DNA of 64,000 nt from the human T2T-CHM13v2.0 reference genome, Homo sapiens, in the NCBI RefSeq assembly GCF_009914755.1, contig NC_060934.1, one strand, 5' to 3'. The stretch's first letter is position 1, and each line of letters opens with the position of its first letter. Positions 36,040-50,215 of this stretch are shown here, one piece after another. A program made the position numbers and the translations under genes. The notes beneath the pieces were generated by a model. The model did no database searches, had not been told where the DNA came from, and saw only the letters and a list, made by a program, of their open reading frames with translations.

Positions 36040-36560
36040 TCATAAAGCCTCCTGGGCTTGGGCATTTTGTTCTTGTAGGTTAATGGTCTCAGTGCTGCAC
36101 CAGGTCTGAGTCAGACCCATGTCTTTCAACTGCCAGTCCTGAGCCTGGGCCACTGCACCTGCAGACAGTGACAGAGGCCAGAAACCTGAATCTTTGTCCA
36201 CTCTGCAGGTGAAGGAGTTCACTTTGACAGAGCAGAGAAACAGAATGAGTCAGCAGCAGGTCCACACGCTCCTTGTTCTACAACAGAAAAGCTGCTCTGA
36301 GTAACTCATGCACAGAGTGAGAGAAAGAGGAAGGACCTGGGCAGCCCCCATGACCAGCCCCCATGAACCACTGACACGGTTCCACGTCAATGGAACCATG
36401 GACAGAGGTGCCCACGGGGCTAAATCCCAGGTTTTTCCTGGGGCCAATGTGTGAAAGCCGAGAGTTCAGCTGAATGAGTCACCTGAGCCTGTGGTTTTTA
36501 CACTTTGTTTAGACTCAGAATCCAAGAACACTTTGCTCAGAAGCCCAACGTGGGGTTGGG
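36040..36560. promoter_or_regulatory. Candidate AP-1-driven enhancer
   Basis: TGAGTCA at 36107, 36246, 36475; RUNX TGTGGTT 36490. Confidence 0.45.
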
Positions 36561-36643
36561 AACCCCAGGTATCCCCCTCCATCCTATCCCCCAGCCTGTG
36601 GGTCTTCCCAGTGCTCTGGAGGCAGTTTGAAAACAGCTGATCT

Positions 36644-36875
36644 CAGCCTGGCCAAGATGGTGAAACCCCGTCTCTACTAAAAATAAAAATAAAAAAAAAA
36701 TTAGCCAGGCGTGGTGGTGGGTGCCTGTAATCTCAGCTATGAGGGAGACTGAGGCAGAGAATTGCTTGAACCCAGGAGGCGGAGCTTGCAGTGAGCCGAG
36801 ATCGTGCCACTGCACTCCAGCCTGGGCAACAGAGCGAGACTCTTTCTCAAAAACAAAACAAAACAAAACAAAAAC
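36644..36875 (+). mobile_element. 5'-truncated AluS with TSD
   Basis: Begins CAGCCTGGCCAAGATGG; TSD CAGCTGATCT at 36634 and 36876. Confidence 0.93.
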
Positions 36876-37606
36876 CAGCTGATCTCATCTCCCTAAGTTA
36901 GTTTATAAATGAGGAAACTGAGACTTCGGTTCTGTTACTTGGTTGCAGTGACAGAAACCCTACTCAAGCTAGCCTGGGTGGCCGGGGGACTTACTGGCAT
37001 AGGCAGGGATGGAGCTGGCCCCAGGGATCAGGGGCATCATCAGCTTGGCAGTTGTTGTCTCTTGTTCCCCTCCTCACACCCACACTTCACCCCACATCTG
37101 CTGGCTTCTCTGCATGCTGGTGTCGCCACCTCCTACCGCAGGCCAAATTCTCTTTCATGGTCAAGAATGTGGCTGCTGGTATTTCTGGATTTGCTTCTCC
37201 CACTTAGCCCCAGGACAGAATTCTGAATGCCTTTCTCCTGATTCCAGGATGCAGACTTCTGGGGACACATTTGGAGCCTCTGCCTATGGCTTGGACCACT
37301 CTTGGCATCAGGGGAATGACATATCTGATGGCCCAGCCTTAGCCATAAGCTCAGCCCGAGGCCTGGGAGGTTCATCCCAGAGAATGTGCAGGTAGCCCAA
37401 TCACGGCCCCTAGGAAAGGCCTGAGTATGGAGTGGGTCCCCAGTCTGTAGGAGTCAGCTTCAGAAAACCTGGCCTGAGCCCCAGCGGGGTCATGCACTTT
37501 CGTTGGCAGTCTTGGAATCCCTCCGGTCCTTGGTCCCATTAGCTATGAAACAGGAAGACCACTTCCCATCTCACAGGCTTCTGGTGATCATCAATGAAGA
37601 AAAGAG

Positions 37607-38547
<941 letters not shown>

Positions 38548-39536
38548 CTATGCTATAGGTGAGATTTCAGAACGGGCCCTCCAGACACCCAGTCACGTGC
38601 TCTGGCTTTGGTGCCAGGAGCCCTTCCCCTGTGGGAGCCCTCCCAGAACTCCCTTTGGGGATGCAGGGGGAGTGTCCAGGTCAGCCTCTTCCTCTCCAGG
38701 TGAACCCCTTTCAGAATCCCGACCAACAACCTCCTGGAAATACCTTCCCAGGGAATCAATTGCTGGTTTCTAGCATTTTTATTTCTGGGGACTGTGATTC
38801 TTATTTGGTTAAATAACACATTTTAAAAAATTGTTGTGATTCCATACTGAAGCTTCCCATATGGTTAATTGGAAGTGTTCTCACAAATATTGCAGGCTGT
38901 AAAAACTAATGAGGTAAATGGAAAATTTATCAAGTACCACAGTTAGAAATTAACTTATTGCTTGCTGCTGCACTCATGACTAATGAAGTCAGAGGGGGCT
39001 CTTCATACACAGAACAAGAACACAAAGGGTGGCCAAACTTGCTGGCCGTGATGCCAAGGAAAATCCTTCTACCTGCCCTTCTCAACCTCTCTCCCCACCT
39101 CCCCTCTGCCAAATATCAGATGAGTATAGCAAATGACTAGGCTTCCTAAGTCTGTATCCCAAAAACAGTACATGCATTCAATTATGTACCATATCAGCAA
39201 TAACAACAGTAGTTAGCATTTATTGATGCTTGGTGCTTGGCACTTACATGCATTATCTCAAGTTCTTCTTACCTCAGGGAAGCGAGGCAGGTGCTATGAT
39301 TACCTACCATTTACAGACGAGGAAACAGGCTCAGAGAGATGAAGTGAGTTGTACAAGGTCACCCATTCCTAAGCAAGGAAGCTAGAGTTCAAACCCAGGC
39401 CTGATTCCAGTATCCACAGGCATTATACCTGCAGTGCATGAATTCATTCATTTACTCAAAAGGTGCATTTAACAAAAGGTGCTGAGAGCCCACGCTGGGC
39501 CACACGTCACATGCTCCTGGAGATGCCAGGGTGGGG

Positions 39537-39661
39537 TGGGGCAGTGATGAAGGATGTGGTTCAATCCAGCTCCCTCTGCCCCTTACTGGCTGTGGGATGG
39601 GGCAGTGATGAAGGATGTGGTTCAATCCAGCTCCCTCTGCCCCTTACTGGCTGTGGGATGG
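39537..39661. repeat. Perfect 61-bp tandem duplication
   Basis: TGGGGCAGTGATGAAGGATGTGGTTCAATCCAGCTCCCTCTGCCCCTTACTGGCTGTGGGA x2. Confidence 0.95.
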
Positions 39662-40092
39662 TGCCAGGGCTCTGGCTACTCCTCCAGACTCCTTCTGGAT
39701 TCTATTTCACGCCCTGGAGGCTGACCTGCGTGGCCCATATCATGGACTTCCTGGACCTCTGCTTCTAGTTGAGTTTAGCCGATAGGAGACACTGACAAGG
39801 GATGGGAGACAGTAGGAGAGTGGGGAGGGGTGATCTTTCTTCAGCTCCCTGCCAGCTGGTTGTCAGGGACTGGCTGCACCTTTCACTGAACACCATGGCT
39901 TTCACTGTCACCCCTTACTTCTGCAGGCCAGGAATGGGCAGAGTCCCCTGCTGTCACTGGCCCGAGGAGACTATCCCATCCCTTCTTGGTTCCCTTACAC
40001 CTTGCTTCCACTTCCGTAAATCCCCCCTTCAATAAACGCCTCTCAAATAATGACTTTGAGTGGTATCTCTTCCCTGCTGGGACTGTGATAGA
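39662..40092 (+). mobile_element. LTR33-like ERVL LTR
   Basis: GGAGGCTGACCTG..CTTCTAGTTGAGTTTAGCC; 3' CCCTTCAATAAAC..CTCTCAAAT..TTTGAGTG..TTCCCTGCTGGGAC. Confidence 0.6.
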
Positions 40093-40250
40093 GCCACAGG
40101 GTGGTTTGCTCGGGTGACTTGCTTGGGCCTCAGTGCCCTCACCTGTAAATTGGGGGTAATAATGAGCTGTCATGTGGATTACAGTAACCAGGTGTAAAGT
40201 GCTTAGAACAGTGCTCAGTACTTAGTAGATACTCAGTAAATGCCAGCTTT

Positions 40251-40417
40251 AAAAAAAAAATTAATTTCTTTTAGGTTCCACGATACATGTGTAGAATGTG
40301 CAGGCTTGTTACATAGGTAAACGTGTCCCATGGTGGTTTACTGAACCTATCAACCCATCACCTAGGTATTAAGCCCTGCATGCATTAGCTGTTAGTCCTG
40401 ATGCTCTCCCTCCCTCT
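40251..40417 (-). mobile_element. Severely 5'-truncated older L1PA 3' end (L1PA8-10-like)
   Basis: GTGCAGG.TTGTTACATAGGTAAACGTG..TATTAAGCCCTGCATGCATTAG; TSD GCCAGCTTT at 40242 and 40418. Confidence 0.88.
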
Positions 40418-41120
40418 GGCCAGCTTTTCTTATTGTGAAAACAGGGTCCTTCCTTTAAGGACTAAGTGCACTGATTTCCAAACCTGAGCATCCATGGAAT
40501 CACCTGAGATGCTGGATAGGTGTGCACAGTCCAGCTCCAGCCTCTGGGCCTAGGACAATCCCTGCAGGTGACTCTGGTGAGACCCCCGTAGACAGACTCC
40601 AACCACACGAGAGGGATGCTGCCCAGAGGGAAGGGGCACAGGGCAGGCACCTTTGTCAGGTGGGGAGGCTGGACAGGGAAGGCTTGCTGTGGGGGCTGCC
40701 ACTGCACCTGGACCTAAGTGTAAGCTGGTGGAACAGGATGTCCAGGTCCAGGACTGGCCTGGAGGTGACAGCAACTTGGCATATCAGGGACAGCCAGAAA
40801 TTTGGGATGGCAGAAGATGGTGAGAGATGGGGCTCTCTGGTAGGCCCTCTGTTGGACTGTAGCTCAGATGTCATCTCTTGGTGAGGAGTCCTTGCAGGCC
40901 CTTGGCCTTGTCCTCCTGGTCTTTCCTTCCAGGCAGCTCCTCCACCCTTTCCTCACACAGCCAAGCAGGACTGTCTGCCGATCCTGGAGTGTCCCTTCCT
41001 GCCTTTGACCCTTTGCTTAGAGGGCTCGTTCCAGCTGCAGCTCTACCCCTTTCCACCGTGAGATCCTTCTCACCCCTTTGGCCCCATTGCAAATGCTGCT
41101 TTCTTCAGGAAAACTCCTGA

Positions 41121-41497
<377 letters not shown>

Positions 41498-41915
41498 CAG
41501 ATAGTGCAGGAATTCTAAAAAATGCTAGCACTCAAAGCTGGCCAGCAGGCGGCAAGCAGACAATCACTTGTATCGCTTGTAGAGTTTAAATTGATGCAAT
41601 CGTTCAGAAATCCAATTTGGCATATATATCAGGAGGTTTTAGAATTCTCTCCTCAAACCCAATAAGTTCCACTTGTAAGAACCTATATTATGGAAAAAAT
41701 TAGAAATGCTATCGGAGACTCTTAGATGAGATTTGAGCATTACTTACTTATATGTTCCCCTAATGGAAACAGTCTAGAATCTACCCTAGATGCCTGTCAA
41801 GGGTGTCATGGCTAAATACATTATCAGAGCAAGGCCATATGATGAAATATCCCACCACTTATAAATTGTGGTTTCAAAGAATATACAGTGACACGGGAAA
41901 CTGCTTGTGATATAG

Positions 41916-42266
<351 letters not shown>

Positions 42267-45200
42267 TGAAGACTGGAAGAAAAGAGGAATAGATCAAAAA
42301 GTAGAGGCTGATTATTTCTAGTTGATGGGTTACAGCTCATTTTGGATTTTGGTCTTTATATTCTTCTGCATTTTTCACACTTTCTGTTTGTATAACCTTT
42401 ATGATTTGAAAATAAACTACTTTCTCCTCAGAAGAAAGCAAACTCCAAGGAGCTGTGCACGTCTCTTCCGGAGGAGATTCTCCTGCCATGATTGACGGTT
42501 CTGAGGGTGCTTGTTTCATTTTGAAATTCGACAATAACTCCTCTATAGGACATGAGCTGTTTTTGCTTTCTTTTTTTTGACTCACCTTTTGGGCCTCCAA
42601 TAGCTGAGTCCATGTTTGGACAAAGTAGGACTAGTTAACAAGTTGAAAGGAATCTTTGAACTTTCTTTGAAGTCGGCCCTAGGGCCCTGGGGTCACCGTC
42701 TTTCTGGAGAATGGGGCTGGAGGGCCTGGCAGTGGAGGGCCTAGCTGTGCTGATAGCAAAAGAGTGGGCTGGAAGGGGCCAGCCACCCTTGGCAGGACCT
42801 CCATTCTGGCCATTCCATTTACTCATCCGGACATGGTTCCATTAATTGAGTAGTTGATTGTTGTACACAATTTTTTTGTTCTTTAATAACTTACTTGTGT
42901 TTTTGCTTAACCATCAATTTTAATGTCTCACTGATTTTTTGGTTCTATTTATAGACCCTGCTCCGGAGGTTAAACTTCTGCCTTTTCTTTTCTTTTCTTT
43001 CATAAAGCCCTCAAGCCATCTGCCTCTACCCGTTCTCTTATTTTTATTTTTGCTAACGTGACAGAGACGACTTTATCATCTCAGAATATGATGAAGTTTG
43101 AAATGGAACGTGCATAGGCAGTCCCCACTTTATGATGAAGCTTTTCAAATCATTGCGCTGTGAAGAAAAGGAAGATCTCCTTGGACTTGAATTTTCTCTC
43201 CCTTTTGCCCTCCTCTTGGCTGTCCACTGATGAGACGAATTCTTTATTTGAATTCACTGTTCTGGATCCCAGGGACAACGAAGTGTGCCTTTTTCTTTTG
43301 CTTGTTCTTCTAAATCCTGAAGAAAAGAAGCTCCAGTCACTCTCTCTCTCCCTCTCCTACCTCTCCCCAGCAAAAGAACCTTCCAGTGCCTCAATTCACA
43401 GAACACTGGTTTCTGGGTACTTCGCACTCCCTCAAGCAGGACCAGGAAGCTTTTCCTTATCTTTTGTGGGGGCAAGGGGGAATTGGAGCCTGAGTGTTTG
43501 GGTTGGGGAAACACGGACGATTTCTGTCCTGTCTGTGTGTGAGATGCTATGCGAGACTGTTCCCCATGGTGGCCACACCAGGAGCAGAGACGGCAGCTGC
43601 TCCATGAAAAGCTTCATGCACTCATGTATTGAGCACTTACTAGGTGCCAGGGGCTGCTATAATCTCCAGGAAAAATGGTAAGCAAAGCTAGATTGGCCCT
43701 CGTTCTCACAGAATGCACAGTCCCGGGGGGAGGTGGACACTCATCAGAAACCATACCTATGATATTTTGGACTGTGGTGAGCACTTCCGTAAGACCATGG
43801 GGGCCCAAGGTCAAGGGCCTGGGGCCTGAATTCAGCTCTGCACCAAGGCCCATCACCACTGTGCCTCTGCTCTGAGGCAGGCAGCGTGCTCCAAGGCTAG
43901 AAAAGGAAGCGTCCACGGAGGCATTTTTGTAAACTCTTTGCCCCTTCCGTCCCCCTCCCCATCAAGCTCTGAAGGCATCTGTGTTCCTGGATGGGATCCA
44001 TTGCGTGGGCTGCCGGGCAGGCTGAGATGGGCCTGGGCGTGGTGCCCCAGCTCGGCGGGAGGGTGGTAGGGAACCTGTCTGGTTGGAGTCAGGACTCAGC
44101 CGCCTAAAAGCAGGAGCCAGGGAGAACAGCCGAGCTGCAGGTGCCTACTTCTCACAGCCGCCTCTGGGACTCTCAGCGCCTCGGGGTGCATCACCCAGGG
44201 CGTCCCAAGCACAGGCCTCCGGGGAGGGAGACTTGTGAATGTTATCAACCTCAGGCCAGAGAGGGAGAAAGGAAGGGAGAGGACATGTCTGTGTCCGCGA
44301 GCATGGCCACACATCTATTGGAGCCAGACCTAAGATTAGAACGGGTACGTTTCTGGTGCCCAGATATACAGCCAAGCCCCAAACCCATGCTGTTTTTTGG
44401 CAAAGCTCCTTCCACATTCCTCTAGCTCAGATTCACCCTCGTTTGTCTCTGGAAATATTGTAGCTGTCATAATCGTTGTTCTAATAAAATACTCATCTGA
44501 CGATCTATTAGGAAGGCATATTGTTGACAGGAAATATGCATTTGCCATATTCCCTCTTCTATTGTCTATTTCCTGCCTCATTTTTCTTGGGAGGGCAGGA
44601 GTCACTGGAGATAATAGCATATTGACAAAGAGAAAGCAAGGGAAAGGGATCGTTGAAAGTGGGAGAATTCAGTTCTATTCCGCTGCAAGGGTTTCCAGCA
44701 GGAAATCCACAACTCGTTTCCTGCCAGTCTGCTCAAAACAGCGTCTGTCCCTTCTCCTCTCAAACAAATTGTCTCCTCGATCCTGGGAAGCTGACTCCCT
44801 GGTCATATGATGGAGGTCAAGGCTGTTGTTTCTGGGGCCTGTGGTTGGGAAAGATTCCTCAAGAATCCAGAAGAGAATGTGAGATTAACTATTTTTCCTA
44901 TAATAGTTAACAGAACTTCATTGAGGCTGGTGGAACAAGAAGCCACAGAAAGAAGACAGTTTTCTAGAAATGTCTTGCCCACAAGCTTTTTTCTTACACT
45001 ATCCGGTTACAAATAGTACATCCCCAGGAGGGAAAAAAAACCCACTTATGGATTGTGCAAACGCCCGGGGTATGCCCGAAAATGACAGTAAGTGGCCCCT
45101 TTAGGACTGGTCCAGCTGCACCCCAGGACAAACTTGTGAAGCTCTGGTTTGACCGAGTTCTGGGGCTTTGCCAGTGCAGGCCCTGGGAGGGAGGGGGCTC

Positions 45201-46233
45201 AGAGTGATCATGGATTCAGTGCACAGATTTAGAGGGCTGCCAACAACTCTGCCTTCAGAGGCTGGCACTTCCTCCCTGGGCCCTGGGAAGTGCCCTGGGA
45301 AGTGTTTGTTTGTTTGTTTGTTTGTTTCTTTCACCAGGAAGAGCTGGTGCATCCAGAGCTGGACCTGGGGGAAGAGGGAGAGATGGAGAACGTTCAGGGT
45401 GACCAGGCTTCACAGTTTGCCTGGGACTGCTTCTCTTCTAGCCCTGAAACCCCTCAGTCTTGGGAAAATCACAATGATTGGTCACCCTAAAAATGTGTAT
45501 CATTTGGCAACTACCACGTGCATTGCTTTCTAATTCCATGCCAGCTCCTGAGCTGGGTTCCTGGGTGGTGAGTAAGGCACGTATGGGACCAAGAGGGAGA
45601 GAGACCGATATTGATGTAAGTGATGGGCACTCTACTTACATCTTAGGCAAACGGGGGCCTTTTTTGGCTCAGGGAACCCGAAGTGGAGGCTCTTGCTTCT
45701 TTCAGGCAGGCCTGGGGCCTGTACAAACTCCTGGATTCAAGGGCATGGTTGAACAACTCTCCAGTCTCCCCTCCCCTAGCCCCTGGCAACCACCCTTCTA
45801 CTTTCTGTCTCTATGAGTCTGACAACTCTAGCAACCTCAGAAAGTGAAATCCTGCAGTCTTGGTGTTTTTGTGGCTGGCTCACCTCACTTAGCATAACGT
45901 CTTTTCAAGGCTGAATAATATTCTCCAGTGTGTGCATTTCACACTTTATCTGCTCCTCTGTTGATGAACAGGTTGCTCAGATGTTCGATGCTTCTACCTT
46001 TTGGCTGTTGTGAATAAGGGTCAGGATTTTTAAAATCTTCATTTTACAAAAACAAATATGGAGGCTGAGAGAGTATAAGCAATTTTCCCATGGTACCTCA
46101 AGTCCAGTGGCACATGCAGGTCTTGACTCCAGACCTGTTGGAGGCTGCTGCACCATATTTCCTCCCATTCATGGTATGAATGCAAGTATAACTAAATGAA
46201 TAAATTTCTTAGAAAGTTACCAAATTGTACTAA

Positions 46234-46607
46234 TGTATTAGTCTGTTCTCAAACTGCTATGAAGACATACCTGAGACTGGGTAATTTACAAAGAAAAGAG
46301 GTTTAATTGGCTCATGGTTCTTTGGCCTATACAGGCTTCTGTTTTTGGGGAGGCCTCAGGAAACCTACAATCATGGCAGAAAGTGAAGAGAAAGCAAGCA
46401 CATCTTCACATGGCTGGCAGGAGAGAGGGGGCGGGGAGGTGCTACACACTTTCAAACAACCAGATCTTGTGAGAACTCTATCACAAGAAGAGCAAGGAGG
46501 ATGTCGGCCCCCATGATTCCATTATCTCCCACAAGGCCCCTCCTCCAACACTGGAGATTACAATTCAACATGAAATTTGAGTGGGGACACAGAGCCAAAC
46601 CATATCA
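46234..46607 (-). mobile_element. MSTA-like MaLR solo LTR nested in an older MLT1 (~46226-47047)
   Basis: TGTATTAGTCTGTTCTC...GAGCCAAACCATATCA; perfect 5-bp TSD ACTAA (46229, 46608). Confidence 0.92.
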
Positions 46608-49070
46608 ACTAATAAAGATAACACTAGCTGTTATAACAAACTGCAAATTTTAGTTGGCTGGGCAGTGAAATAGAAGTTAACTTCTCATTTATATAAAGTG
46701 CGGTGTGGATTGGTCCTGGGTTGGTGGTGTCATTTCTCCATGGGGTGACTCAGGGCCCAGGGTTTTTCTTGTCATAGCTCCACCATCCCCTAGAGCCTGG
46801 AAATCCTCTACCCCCCCAGGGCATTGGAAACCTGGAGAGATCATGGGGGAAGCACACCTGATTTTGAAAAACTCCTGCCTGGAAATGACCACCTCCCCTC
46901 CACTTGTAGCCTGTGGTTTGGCCATGACAAAGGCAAGGGTGGCTGGGAGACGTCATCTGTGCCTGGGCAGCTGTTCTCCGCTGCCCTGCTATCTTCTGAA
47001 AGGTGGCGCATGAATTTTTTGTTGGATCATTTATGAATCTGTCACACCAATGAGTGCTGTAAAACTCGGAGTGGGATTTTACATAGAGAAAGCTAGAAAA
47101 ACACCTGTGTGTTCATGAGGCCAAGGCATCAGGGTGAGGACAAACATAATTTGAATGCAGACCTGTCTCTGCTGGTTAATCTCACTTTACAGCTCCCCCA
47201 ATGTCGTGGGTTATCCGGAAGGTTATTTCATGTACTGCCTTCGTGTGGAAGCACATTTCCATAGATAGCAGATAAAGATCTCTTAACCTTGTATTTTCCC
47301 TCATATCATCATAAATAGCTTATGCAATGCCATTTCAGTGAGTCTGACAGCTTCTACAATGAGATCTGGATGCAGCAGCATATCTTCTTGTTACATATAA
47401 AAAAGAGTGACAGCATTCATCGTTTACGGTGACATCAATGAAGTCTGCTTGTAGAGGTTCCCCATCCATCCATTCATAATACCTTTTATGACTTTAGGCT
47501 TTTAAACACGGCACTCTGGTCTATTTTTCAAATGTACCACCATTATCAGCTCAGGAAGCCATTCTTCAATATTTCATTTTCCTGAGAATATCTGGAATAT
47601 CTTAATTCCTATGAAGCTTCTCCATGGGGTAGGCTGTCAGGTAGGACTTTAATGGGAAAAGAGGGGGAAAACTGCTGCTGGATCATCCTCTCCCTTGTGA
47701 CACCTGAGGGTGTGTTTTCCATTTTTTCCTTCTTGTCATATTCCCCAAATAAAGACCCTTGGGAGATGCAGTTCCTGAGCACAGCTGTCTGCTCTGTACT
47801 GGGAAGTTAAAAAGGTGAGAAAGAGGGGAGTTATAACACAGATTGAGTTATATTGTGGGTCATTCCTGACCCGGAAATGTATTACCTCTTCAGAGCCCTT
47901 CAGTTTGCCATCAGGAGAAGGAGAGAGGTCCATTCAAGGTGAAGCTTGGAAGCACCAAGGGTTGGGTGAGGAATGGGAGGTGAATGTGCTTCCTAAGATA
48001 TCCTTTTGCTAATCAGAAGTGCCCTCTTGGTTCCCCAGGAGGTTCCCATTTGGACACAAATGGAGAATTACGATGGGCATTGCTTCTCAATGTTTTGTCA
48101 CTTTTGAGGTGCCACGGGTGTCTTTCTTTGGCCACCATTTCGTGGTTTCTTCCTTGTCTGCAGATCGTACTAGAGTAGGCAAAATCAATTTCAGGTTCAG
48201 CTCTAGGGGACTGCGAACAATCTCCCTCCAGCAGGGAACTCCTTGGATAGGCTAGGGACAGCTGGGACAATCCCTGAAGCAACTTAGATAGGAAAAACCA
48301 TGATGAGCATTGATTTAGGGAAGGACGTTGTTGGGCACTTGAGTCCGCCTGCCACCAGCCATGGAGGGCATGTTATAAACACGCCAGACACGCCAAGGAT
48401 GGAACATTTGACCTAATTTAGCAACAACAAATCCTTTCCCTCACACGTACTTCTCTAATTACAAATGAGATCCTGGTAGGCTTAGCAAGGGTAAATAAAA
48501 TTGATTCTGTCCACGTAGTATTGGAGATGATAAATGTGTTCAAGAAAGGGCTTCAAATGCCTCACTGCTGATTAGAAAAGGCAAAATAATTGTGAGATAG
48601 TGACTAATAGATGGAAGGAATTGTGGCAGAATTGGTCTCCTTGCAGAAATGTCACCGGTCTGATCTTTTTGAGATAATTACCGTCAAATGTCTGTGTGTT
48701 TCATGCTCTACGTTTCGGTCGGCCGGGGCACTGCAGGAATTCCCACACTGACTCAGCTATGGGTGGCTCTGGCTTTCTGTCTGTTTGAAGCCTGTAACAG
48801 AGCCCCTCTGTTTTCTTAATGCAATGACTGTGTCCCATTCATTCGTCCCCTGGTGCCTAGCAAAACTACTGGTACAGGAGAGGCATGCTGTATTTGTTAA
48901 CTTTTGAGAGTCTATTTCCACATTTTTTGAGTGAGGTTAAAGAGCAGGTAGCTTGCAGGACGTTATATGAAATAAATAGGATAAAGCATTTGGTTTGACT
49001 CATAAGAAATTGCTGACATTTAACTTTTAAAAACTTAATAAGTAACAATTTTATATGGTTCCACTTAATA

Positions 49071-49650
49071 TGTATTATTTATTATGGCATAATAAATTGC
49101 CCTCAAATTTAGCAGCTGAAAACAATAAACATTTATTATCTCATAGTTTCTGAGTCAGGAATCCAGGTGCAGCTGAGCTGGTGCCTCTGCCTCAAGGTCA
49201 CCAACAACACTGCAGTCAAGCTGTGGCCTGGGTTACAGTTTCGTCTGAAGACTTGGCCAAGACGGAATCCCCAGCCTGACTGCAATGTGAGCTCACACAC
49301 ATAATTGTAGCTAGCCTTCAGTCCCCTGTAAGCTGGTAGAATGAGGCCCTCCAACTCCTACTGGCTTTGGGCTGAGTCTGCCTCCAGCTCCCTGCTATGC
49401 AGAGGCTCCGGGTGCCTCATGACATGACAGCTGGCTTCCCCTAGAGTGAGTAGAGAGAGAGAGAGCCCAAGACAGAGGCCATAGTCTTTTTATAACCTAA
49501 TCTCGGAAGTGACATTCATCACCCCTGTCATATCCTGTTTGTTAGAAGTGAGCTGTCAAGTCCAGCCCACACTCAAGGGACAGGTATCAAGGGGGTGAAA
49601 ACCAGGAGAGGGGCTTTCACTGGGGGTCATCTTAGGAGCTTCCCACAACA
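49071..49650 (-). mobile_element. MLT1F-like MaLR LTR
   Basis: AAACAATAAACATTTATTATCTCATAGTTTCTG..CAGGAATCCAGG; TTTTATAACCTAATCTCGGAAGTGACA. Confidence 0.8.
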
Positions 49651-49686
49651 TGTAACATCTAGCATGAGCCTAACACAAAGATCTTG

Positions 49687-49994
49687 GGCCAGGCCCAGTG
49701 GCTCATGCCTGTAATCCCGGCACTTTGGGGAGACCTAGGCGGGTGGATCACTTGAAGTCAGGAGATCGAGCCCAGCCTGGCCAACATGGCAAAACCCTGT
49801 CTCTCCTAAAAATACAAAAATTAGCTGGGTGTGGTGGTGCACACCTGTAATCCCAACTACTCAGGAGGCTGAGGCAGGAGAATCATTGGAACCCAGGAGG
49901 CAGAGGTTGCAGAGAGCCGAGATCATGCCACTGCACTCCAGCCTGGGAGACACAGCGAGACTCCGTTTTGTTTTTTTTTTTGTTTTTTTTTTTT
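49687..49994 (+). mobile_element. AluS followed by a poly(T) tract in place of poly(A)
   Basis: ...GAGACTCCG then a ~29-nt T-rich run (49966-49994). Confidence 0.92.
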
Positions 49995-50028
49995 AAAGAT
50001 ATCAAGACGTGGTAGTTAAAGAAAATCA

Positions 50029-50215
50029 GGCCAGGTGTGGTGGCTCACGCCTGTAATCCTAACACTTTGGGAGGCTTAGGTGGGTTTGAGGTTGCAGTGA
50101 GCCATGACTGTGCCACTGCACTCCAGCCTGGGCAACAAAGCAAGACCCTGTCTCTAAAAAGAAAATGAAAAAAAATAAAAAAATAAAAAAAAAAGAAAAA
50201 AGAAAAGGAAAAGGA
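50029..50215 (+). mobile_element. Internally deleted Alu/monomer
   Basis: Left-arm start fused to GAGGTTGCAGTGAGCC; long A-rich tail; TSD AA(A/G)GAAA(A)TCA. Confidence 0.85.

Noticed and set aside
43160-43681. 173-aa ORF
   Set aside because: GTG start, low-complexity content, ends in an L2-like remnant
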